Positions 45,336 through 52,525 of a stretch of DNA of 64,000 nucleotides are shown here, in pieces. The notes below the pieces were generated by a model. That model worked only from the letters and a program-made list of their open reading frames with translations. It searched no databases and was not told the DNA's origin. The translations under genes and the position numbers were made by a program. Numbering within the stretch: the first letter of the stretch is position 1; each line of letters starts with the position of its first letter. The DNA is taken from the NCBI GenBank assembly GCA_029973955.1, contig JARKQJ010000249.1, forward strand, positions 19,030 to 83,029, in the 5' to 3' direction. The stretch is from Paludibaculum sp. (lineage in GTDB: Bacteria > Acidobacteriota > Terriglobia > Bryobacterales > Bryobacteraceae).

Positions 45336-45415
45336 TCCCGGCCACCTCAGGCGCCGCCGGGCGCCTGCTCCAGGTCAACTGGCGCCCCGCCGGGCGCAGG
45401 TGCCGCCCCGCTTTG

Positions 45416-45439
45416 TCCACGCGACAATCCACGCGACAA
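45416..45439 (+). repeat. 12-bp exact direct repeat just upstream of the oxidoreductase
   Basis: TCCACGCGACAA x2; the first copy also forms TTGTC-N5-GACAA. Confidence 0.8.
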
Positions 45440-45447
45440 TAAGAGAC

Positions 45448-46437
45448 ATGCGTGCCTGGTTGATGGAAGCTTACGAAGGCGTCGACAAGATGCGGCTGGC
45501 CGAAGTGGAGAGCCCGAAGCCCGGTCCGGGCCAGGCTCTGCTGCGCGTGAACTACGCGGCCCTGAATCCGGCCGACGCCTTTCTGGCCTTGGCACAGTAT
45601 CCGGCGAAGCCCGCTCTGCCGCACATCCTCGGCCGTGACGGCGTGGGCGTCGTGGAAGCCGTGGGCGAGGGCGCCGGCAACGTCCAAGTGGGCCAGATCG
45701 TCGGCATCCTGCGCTGCGAAGCCGGTGTCAATGTCTGGGGTACGCTCGCCGAGAAAGTGGTCATCCCCGCCGCCTCTCTCGCGCCCGTCCCCGCCGGCTG
45801 GGAGGAGCCTCAGATGGCCGGCGCGCCGCTCACCTTCCTCACCGCATGGCAGGCCCTGGTGCAGTGGGGCGGTGTGCCCGAACCCGGCCAGACGTTGCTG
45901 GTGACTGGCGCATCCGGCGGTGTGGGTGTGGCCAGCGTGCTCCTCGGCAAGTCGATGGGCCTCACCGTGGTGGCCCTCTCCCGCAGCGCGGAGAAGGCTC
46001 AAACTCTCCGCGAACTCGGCGCCGATTACGTCTTCGATCCCGCCTCGCCCTCTCTGCGCAAAGACATCCTGGCAGCCATTGCACCGCGGAAGGTCGATTA
46101 CGTCGTGGACTCGGTCGGTGGCGCGCTCTTCAACCAGGTGATCGCCACGCTCGGCTACGCGGGGCGCATCAGCGTCGTGGGCCGCAGCGGCGGGCCGGTG
46201 CCCGAGTTCAACACCGCCACCCTCTTCTTCCGCCGCAATCGCATCGGCGGCGTCTCCGTGGGCGACTACACGCCGGAAGGCGCGCAGGCCGCGTGGGCCG
46301 AGATCGTGCGGCGATTGGATGAAGCGAACCGCCGCCCCGTGGTCGATCGCGTCTTCGCCTTTGAAGACGTCAAAACGGCCTTCCAGCACCTGGCCGAAGG
46401 GCCCATGGGCAAAGTGGTCATCCGCATCGGCGCCTAG
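45448..46437 (+). CDS. NADPH:quinone oxidoreductase, medium-chain dehydrogenase family
   Basis: ALNPAD, PHILGRDGVGVV, FLTAWQAL, VTGASGGVG, GKVVI. Confidence 0.9.
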   Translation: MRAWLMEAYEGVDKMRLAEVESPKPGPGQALLRVNYAALNPADAFLALAQYPAKPALPHILGRDGVGVVEAVGEGAGNVQVGQIVGILRCEAGVNVWGTLAEKVVIPAASLAPVPAGWEEPQMAGAPLTFLTAWQALVQWGGVPEPGQTLLVTGASGGVGVASVLLGKSMGLTVVALSRSAEKAQTLRELGADYVFDPASPSLRKDILAAIAPRKVDYVVDSVGGALFNQVIATLGYAGRISVVGRSGGPVPEFNTATLFFRRNRIGGVSVGDYTPEGAQAAWAEIVRRLDEANRRPVVDRVFAFEDVKTAFQHLAEGPMGKVVIRIGA

Positions 46438-46496
46438 ATGGAGAAAGGGCCTTCAGCGATTCTGCCGAAGGCCCTGTGTTCTTTGGAATGCCGCGC

Positions 46497-47549
46497 TTAG
46501 CAGCCGCCGCCGGCCGCCGCCGCGCGCTTGCCGTCGCCGTTTCCGGCTTTGCCGGAGCTGAAGCTGAAGTAGTTCGACACGTTCTCCTTCAGCAACACCG
46601 GGAAGGACTTGTCGAGGTTCGAGCGGATGGCCACGTAGCACTCGTCGCACGTGTTCTTTTCCGTGAACTCCCGCACCAGTTTCTGCTGTTCGTCCAGCTC
46701 ATAACGGTGGAACTGCATCGAACAGGGCTGCAACTTGCCGTCGGCCGTCACCACCAGGAATCGCAGGCCCGCCTTGCAGCCGCTCATGCCGCCCGTTTCG
46801 AAGTACTCGCGCGTGTGCGCCACCGTCGTCGGCGCGCTCACAATCCAGTTCGATTCGTCGCGGCGCTTCTCGATCCGGTCCAGTTGCTCGTGCAGCACCT
46901 TCAGCATCTCCGGCGTGCCGGGGAACAGCTCACGGCAACCCGTGCGGCGCGCGGAATAGGCGCTGTAGCAGATGTTCACGCCCCACTTCTCCGCCTGGTC
47001 GGCGTTGCTGTTGATCTCGCCCACGTTCGCCGCCGTGATGCAGGTGTTCAAAACGATATCGTCGTGGCCGTAGGAGGCGCACTGCGGAATCACTTCGTTC
47101 AGGTGCTGGTAGAGCCCAGGCAGCAGGCGAAAGTCGTCGTGGCGCGTGTCCGGAAAGTCGAGCGAGACCGAAAACTGGTCCACGCCCGCGTCGCGCAGCT
47201 CGAGATAGCGCTGCGGCGTCATGAGAGACCAGCTCGAAACCAGGATGATGTACGGCAACCCGTTCGGCTGCTTGATGTTCCGTACGACGTCTGACAGGTC
47301 TTCCCGCATCAGCGGCTCGCCGCCCGACACCTGCACCACGCACGGCTGCAGCGTCTGCATGTAGCGCTGATAGTCTTCCGGACGGAGATTGCGGCTGTCG
47401 TCCTTCGGCCCGCCATGGTCGCAGTGCCGGCAGTAGCAGGTGCAGGAATCGGTCACTTCGAAGGAGACCACAATGGGCCGCTGTGCCAGCCAATTCAACG
47501 ACCCCTGTTGGATGATTCGTAGGGATTGGCTCAGAGGTACCTTGCGCAT
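46497..47549 (-). CDS. Radical SAM protein with a C-terminal Twitch/SPASM-like domain
   Basis: CTCYCRHC (CxxxCxxC), SGGEPLMR, CKAG...DGKLQPC...CDECY. Confidence 0.9.
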   Translation of the reverse strand: MRKVPLSQSLRIIQQGSLNWLAQRPIVVSFEVTDSCTCYCRHCDHGGPKDDSRNLRPEDYQRYMQTLQPCVVQVSGGEPLMREDLSDVVRNIKQPNGLPYIILVSSWSLMTPQRYLELRDAGVDQFSVSLDFPDTRHDDFRLLPGLYQHLNEVIPQCASYGHDDIVLNTCITAANVGEINSNADQAEKWGVNICYSAYSARRTGCRELFPGTPEMLKVLHEQLDRIEKRRDESNWIVSAPTTVAHTREYFETGGMSGCKAGLRFLVVTADGKLQPCSMQFHRYELDEQQKLVREFTEKNTCDECYVAIRSNLDKSFPVLLKENVSNYFSFSSGKAGNGDGKRAAAAGGGC

Positions 47550-47623
47550 GGGGACATTTAAATCATACCAAAATGCCCGATTACTCTGCAAGAAAGTACG
47601 GAATCGGGTAAGCTAGCAAAACA

Positions 47624-48709
47624 GTGCGCATCCTCGTTCTCAACGCCGGCAGCTCTTCCCTCAAGTACCAGGGAATTGAAGTGCTTCCGGGCCGCGAGCG
47701 GGTGCTGTTCAAAGGCTCCGTGGAGCGCATCGGCGAGCCGGGCGGAGTGGCGGCCAACCACACCGAGGCGGTGCGTGTCGCGCTTGCCGATGCCGGGGAA
47801 GTGGATGGGGTGGGCCACCGCGTGGTGCATGGCGGCGAACGCTTCCGCGAGTCTGTCGTGATCGACCTCGAAGTGGAGCGGATCATCGAGGAGTGCTGCC
47901 ATCTGGCGCCGCTGCACAATCCGCACAACCTCGCCTGCTACCGCGCCTCACACATTCTGCTGCCGGAACTGCGCCACGTCGCCGTGTTCGACACCGCCTT
48001 CTTCCACACCCTGCCCCACCGCGCATTCCTCTACGGCCTGCCCTTGGAACTCTACGAACGCGAGCACATCCGCCGCTACGGTTTTCACGGAACATCGCAC
48101 CGCTACGTGAGCGCCAAGGCCGCCGAGGCGCTGGCCATCGATCCCGGCCAAGCGCGGCTCATCGTCTGCCACCTCGGCAGCGGCTGCTCCATCTGCGCCG
48201 TGGATGGCGGGCGCGCCGTGGACATCTCCTTCGGTTTCACGCCGCTGGAAGGCTTGGTGATGGGTACGCGCTGCGGCGACCTCGACTCCGGCGTCATCTT
48301 CCACCTGGTTCATAACCTCGGCATGTCCCTGAATGAAGTGGAAAACCTGGTGAACAAGCGCAGCGGCCTGCTGGGCCTCTCCGGCCGTTCGAACGACATG
48401 CGCGACATCTGCCAGGCCGCGGCCGACGGAGACGTCCGCGCGGAACTGGCCATCGAGGTCTTCTGCTACCGCGTCATCAAGTACATCGGCGCCTTCTGGG
48501 TGGTGCTGGGCGGGGCCGACGCCATCGTCTTCACCGGCGGCATCGGCGAGAACCGGCCCGAGATTCGCCAGCGCGTCCTCGACGGCGTGCAGGCCCTGGG
48601 CGGGTTTACGCCGCTGGTGATCCCTACCAATGAAGAACTCATGATCGCCCGCGACACGGCGCGCCTGCTCAGCGGAAAAGCAGCAGTGTCGAGACCGCTG
48701 TCAGAATAA
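47624..48709 (+). CDS. ackA: Acetate/propionate kinase
   Basis: LVLNAGSSSLKY, GHRVVHGG, LAPLHNP, AVFDTAF, RRYGFHGTSH, FTGGIGEN, PTNEELMIA. Confidence 0.95.
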   Translation: MRILVLNAGSSSLKYQGIEVLPGRERVLFKGSVERIGEPGGVAANHTEAVRVALADAGEVDGVGHRVVHGGERFRESVVIDLEVERIIEECCHLAPLHNPHNLACYRASHILLPELRHVAVFDTAFFHTLPHRAFLYGLPLELYEREHIRRYGFHGTSHRYVSAKAAEALAIDPGQARLIVCHLGSGCSICAVDGGRAVDISFGFTPLEGLVMGTRCGDLDSGVIFHLVHNLGMSLNEVENLVNKRSGLLGLSGRSNDMRDICQAAADGDVRAELAIEVFCYRVIKYIGAFWVVLGGADAIVFTGGIGENRPEIRQRVLDGVQALGGFTPLVIPTNEELMIARDTARLLSGKAAVSRPLSE

Positions 48710-49397
48710 TCACCAGGTTTTCAAAGAGCTGCGGAGAGATGTGGTCGACGATCTTGCGCCCGCTGAGCGCGCCGGCGAAGACGGCCGGGACCATCAGAAG
48801 ATCGAACACCAGCGATTCGCGGCTGAACATGCCGTGCCAGGCGTAGATGGGCACCTTCGTCAGATTGATGAAAAAGAAGAACCAGGCGCCCGTGGCGATG
48901 AACTCCTCCTTGGGCAGTCGCTTGCTCAACAGATAGAGGTTCATCACCGGGCCTGCCGCGTTGGCTACCGTGGTGGCGAAGCCGGCGCTCACGCCATAAA
49001 GAGCCGGGTGCGGTGTGATGGCCGCGGGATTCCTGCTGCGCTTCCTGATCAGGTACGCCACCAGCATCAGGAAGATAATGCCGCCCACCATGGGGCGGAG
49101 ATAGCGCTCATCGAGGGTGAGCGCCAGCGCGCCCGCCGCCATGCCGGCCAGCGCCCACGGCGCCAGCGAAAATAGCCGGCCCGCGGCCGCGTGCCGGCGC
49201 CAGTAGACTACGGCGAAAATGTCCGCCGTGCAGAGGATCGGAAGCAGCCAGGCCGCGGAGGTCTTGGCGTTGCCTACCGTGAGCACGATCATCGGCACCA
49301 CCAGAATGCCGAGGCCGGGGACGCCGGTCTTGGCGACCCCGACGTTGAAGGCGCAGAAGGCTCCGAGCAGCCACTGCCATGGTTCGAAATGGGGCAT
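48669..49397 (-). CDS. TauE/SafE (TSUP) family sulfite exporter-like membrane protein
   Basis: GVAKTGVPG, LLPILCTAD, ANAAGPVMNLYLL, FFFINLTKVP. Confidence 0.88.
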   Translation of the reverse strand: MPHFEPWQWLLGAFCAFNVGVAKTGVPGLGILVVPMIVLTVGNAKTSAAWLLPILCTADIFAVVYWRRHAAAGRLFSLAPWALAGMAAGALALTLDERYLRPMVGGIIFLMLVAYLIRKRSRNPAAITPHPALYGVSAGFATTVANAAGPVMNLYLLSKRLPKEEFIATGAWFFFFINLTKVPIYAWHGMFSRESLVFDLLMVPAVFAGALSGRKIVDHISPQLFENLVIILTAVSTLLLFR

Positions 49398-49463
49398 GTG
49401 GACGAACTACCAGGATAGCCGGGGCACTCCAGATTCCGTTCGGGGCCAGGTGGCGGCGCGAGA

Positions 49464-50519
49464 TCAGGCCTCCAGCATCACATCCACTTTGTGGCGAATG
49501 GTGGCGGCCGCGTCCGGCACGTGCAGAACGTCGCACTCGGAGCCGCAGATGTGCGGGTGGCCGCAGGCCTGCATATTGGAAACCGTCTCCCGCGTCAGGC
49601 GCCGTACTTCTTCCACCGGCATGGCCGAATCCGAGTAAAACGTCTTGGTCGGCAGGTTGCCGAATAGCACAATATCCTTCGGCACCACGGTGGCGTCTTC
49701 CCATAGCTTGCGGCTGGCGCCGAGGCTGATGACGGCCGGGCGCAACTCTTCGGCGAACTGGCGGACCATGCCTGTCAACAGCTCTCCGCAGTCGTGGAAG
49801 ATCAGGTCCACGCCGTGCGCGGCGAACAGATCGCGGAGCTTTCGGTTGGGCGCAAGCACGAAGCGCTCCAGGATGTCGGAGCCGCCTCTCAACTGCCGCG
49901 GCGAGAGGTAGACCGTGTTAGCCGCGGGCTCGCAGACGATGATCGCCTTGGCGCCGGCCGCGATCTGCGCGCGGGCCGAACGAAGCACCGTGGCCAGCGC
50001 CATCTCGAGGCAGCGCGTCACCATGCGCACGCCGTCGTCCTCTTCGGCCGTGACGCCCGCCCCCGCCATCGCCACCGGCGCGATGGGATCGGCGACGAGC
50101 TTGGTCATCAGCGAAAAGGGGCCGATGAGCATACCGACCGGGAGGAGGTCGGTCTGCTCCGCGATGTAGCGCACGGCCCCCTGGTTGGCCTGGATGCGCT
50201 CCGAGAAGGGCCGCTCGTCACTGCGGATTACGGCTTCCACTTGGGCGGAGTCGGGCGCGTTGTGGAAGTGATGAAGGTCGACTTCGGTCTCCGCGATACC
50301 GAGGAACGAAAGCAGGTCTGCTTTCTCCAGCCTCAGGTCCATCAGCGGGAAGGCGAGCGGGGTCTTGTACCGCCGGGCGGCGCTTTCCACCACCCGGCCG
50401 AGACGGCCGGCGTCGTAAAGGATCGACTCGGCCCCATCCTGTTCGTGCAGAACAAGATCGGCGCCGATGGGCATGCGCAGCCCTTTCGCGGCCAGGTCGA
50501 GATAGAAGATGCGATCCAT
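49464..50519 (-). CDS. URO-D/MtaA-family methylcobamide methyltransferase
   Basis: MDLRLE, GPFSL, IVCEPAA, IFHDCGE, FGNLP, GSECDV (HxC...C zinc triad). Confidence 0.8.
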   Translation of the reverse strand: MDRIFYLDLAAKGLRMPIGADLVLHEQDGAESILYDAGRLGRVVESAARRYKTPLAFPLMDLRLEKADLLSFLGIAETEVDLHHFHNAPDSAQVEAVIRSDERPFSERIQANQGAVRYIAEQTDLLPVGMLIGPFSLMTKLVADPIAPVAMAGAGVTAEEDDGVRMVTRCLEMALATVLRSARAQIAAGAKAIIVCEPAANTVYLSPRQLRGGSDILERFVLAPNRKLRDLFAAHGVDLIFHDCGELLTGMVRQFAEELRPAVISLGASRKLWEDATVVPKDIVLFGNLPTKTFYSDSAMPVEEVRRLTRETVSNMQACGHPHICGSECDVLHVPDAAATIRHKVDVMLEA

Positions 50520-50520
50520 G

Positions 50521-51159
50521 TCAGGCCTGCTTCACCAGCCTGCGGGCGAGGCCCACGGCGGCGCTGGCGTTGTCGCTGTAGCCGTCCGCGCCGATCTCGT
50601 CCGCGAACTGCGGAGTCACCGGCGCGCCGCCCACCATCACCTTCACCTGCTCGCGCACGCCCGCCGTCTTCAGCGCGTCGATGGTCGTCCGCATGGCGGG
50701 CATCGTCACCGTGAGCAGCGCGGAGAGACAGACGATGTTGGCGTTGCGCGCGCGCACGGCTTCGATGAACTTCTCCGGCGATACGTCGGCGCCCAGGTCC
50801 ATCACTTCAAACCCGCCGCCTTCCAGCATCGAGGCCACCAGGTTTTTGCCGATGTCGTGCAGGTCGCCCTTCACCGTGCCGATCACCACGCGGCCGGCGG
50901 GCTCGGCTCCTGCGGCCGCCAGCAGCGGGCGCAGCAGTTCGAGCGAGCCCTTCATCGCCCGGGCCGACAGCAGCAGTTCCGGCACGAAGTACTCTTCGCA
51001 TTCGAACAGCGATCCCACCTTGTCCATGGCCGGAACCATGTAGTTGGTGATCAGGTCCATCGGCGGCACGCCGGCGGCCAGCGCTTCCTGCGTGACGGCC
51101 ACGGACGTCTTCTGGTCGCCGTTCAGAACGGCATCGTATAGCTTCTGAAGGTCAGGCAT
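50521..51159 (-). CDS. Corrinoid (B12-binding) methyl-carrier protein, MtaC/MttC type
   Basis: Cap domain (AMDKVG..F...YFVPELL..ARAM), GTVKGDLHDIGKNLV, SALLTVTM, MVGGAPV, IGADGY. Confidence 0.96.
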   Translation of the reverse strand: MPDLQKLYDAVLNGDQKTSVAVTQEALAAGVPPMDLITNYMVPAMDKVGSLFECEEYFVPELLLSARAMKGSLELLRPLLAAAGAEPAGRVVIGTVKGDLHDIGKNLVASMLEGGGFEVMDLGADVSPEKFIEAVRARNANIVCLSALLTVTMPAMRTTIDALKTAGVREQVKVMVGGAPVTPQFADEIGADGYSDNASAAVGLARRLVKQA

Positions 51160-52420
51160 TGATTGGGGCTCCATTGAATTCGTGGACTGCGTCCAGCATG
51201 GCCACGATGTTCTCGACCGGCGTGCCGGCCTGAATGTTGTGAATCGCGTCGAAGACGAAACCGCCGCCGGGCGCGAAGATCTCGCAGCGCCTCAGTACCT
51301 CGACGCGTACCTCTTCGGGGGTGCCGAACGGCAGCGTCTTCTGCGTATCGACGCCGCCGCCCCAGAACACCAACTGGTCGCCGTAGCGGGCCTTGAGCTT
51401 TCCCGGGTCCATGCCGGCGGCCGAGCACTGCACCGGGTTCATGATGTCGAACCCCGCCTCGATGAACGTCTCGAAGAACTTCTCCACGCTGCCGCAGGAG
51501 TGCTTGAAGCACTTCCAGGACGTATTGGCATGCACCCAGTCGTTCACCGCCTTGTAGTAGGGGAACCACAGGTTCTTCAGCGTGCGCACCGAGCAGAACT
51601 GCGAAGTCTGCGTGCCGAAGTCCGTGCCGCACAGGAACACGGCATCTACTGAGTCACCAATCGCCGCGTGCACGCTGGCCAGGTTCCGGAGCCCCACCTC
51701 GCACTGCCGCTCGAAGATGCGATGGACATATTCGGGCCGGCTGGCCGTGGACATGTACCACTCGGCCACGTCGCGGATCCCCTTTGGTTTCTTCAGGAAA
51801 GGCGCCGGCACCAGCGCGATGTCGCCGAAGGCGGTGCCGCCGAAAGTGGCCAGAATGCCGTAGCCGGAGGCTTGCGCGGCGGCGACGGAAGACTTGATGT
51901 GTTCCAGGTCCGCCTCGCTGAGGAGCTTGAACTCTTCGCAGTTGTCTTCGGGATCGAGCTTCTCTTCGACGATGGGTTCCTGGCGGATGATGGTGTCGAA
52001 GAAGGCGCTGCCGAGGGGCATGCGGCCGCTGGGGGGCGCGGCGGGGTCGCCTTCGGGGTAGATGAGGATGTCGCCGCCGGGCTCTTCTTTGACGACGAAG
52101 TCCTTGGAAACCAATACGTTGAGGCCACGGAAGCTCCACTCTTTCCAGGCCGAGTTCGGGAAGCCGAACATGGTGTTGCGAGGAAAGACGCCGGTGACGT
52201 CGAGGCCCATGGCGGCGCGCAGGTCATCTTCGATGAGGCCGAGCATCTGGTAGGGCTCGTGGACCCGGACGGGGCGTCTTTCGAGTCCGTAGTAGTCGCG
52301 GAGGGCGGCGACACAGGAGACGTGGACGCCGGTGACGGCGGAGCCACCGAAGTCGATGGGGACCCGGTCGGGTTGGCGGTGAGCGAGAGTATCCTGCAGT
52401 CTTTTGCGCGAAAGCGTCAT
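51152..52420 (-). CDS. URO-D-family corrinoid methyltransferase
   Basis: HRQPDRVPIDFGG, GTDFGTQ, FKHSCG, GFDIMNPVQ, FWGGGVDTQ..LPFGTPEEV, HNIQAGTPVENI. Confidence 0.85.
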   Translation of the reverse strand: MTLSRKRLQDTLAHRQPDRVPIDFGGSAVTGVHVSCVAALRDYYGLERRPVRVHEPYQMLGLIEDDLRAAMGLDVTGVFPRNTMFGFPNSAWKEWSFRGLNVLVSKDFVVKEEPGGDILIYPEGDPAAPPSGRMPLGSAFFDTIIRQEPIVEEKLDPEDNCEEFKLLSEADLEHIKSSVAAAQASGYGILATFGGTAFGDIALVPAPFLKKPKGIRDVAEWYMSTASRPEYVHRIFERQCEVGLRNLASVHAAIGDSVDAVFLCGTDFGTQTSQFCSVRTLKNLWFPYYKAVNDWVHANTSWKCFKHSCGSVEKFFETFIEAGFDIMNPVQCSAAGMDPGKLKARYGDQLVFWGGGVDTQKTLPFGTPEEVRVEVLRRCEIFAPGGGFVFDAIHNIQAGTPVENIVAMLDAVHEFNGAPINA

Positions 52421-52442
52421 ATCAGGCGCTCCTGGAGACAAC

Positions 52443-52506
52443 TAAAACGTTACCGGAACCGTGCACGATTCACGATAAGAATATCTGAAGTGCCGGTTTT
52501 GGTCAA
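52443..52506 (-). promoter_or_regulatory. Sigma70 promoter of the methyltransferase operon, with LacI-like operator sequences downstream
   Basis: TTGACC-N17-TATTCT (52506-52478), then GTGAATCGTGCAC and GGTAACGTTTTA before the AGGAG RBS. Confidence 0.6.
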
Positions 52507-52525
52507 TCACCGAACTTGCATCGTT

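Noticed and set aside
50521-51159. Fragment of a split methionine synthase or evidence of methanogenesis/acetogenesis
   Set aside because: No homocysteine-binding, pterin-binding, reactivation or Wood-Ljungdahl genes are adjacent
49464-52420. URO-D-family genes as true hemE (heme synthesis)
   Set aside because: They lack the RQAGR motif, carry HxC metal motifs and flank a corrinoid protein, which fits methyltransferases
52421-52525. Cobalamin riboswitch upstream of the corrinoid operon
   Set aside because: The gap is only ~100 nt, is occupied by a promoter, and shows no B12-box-like sequence
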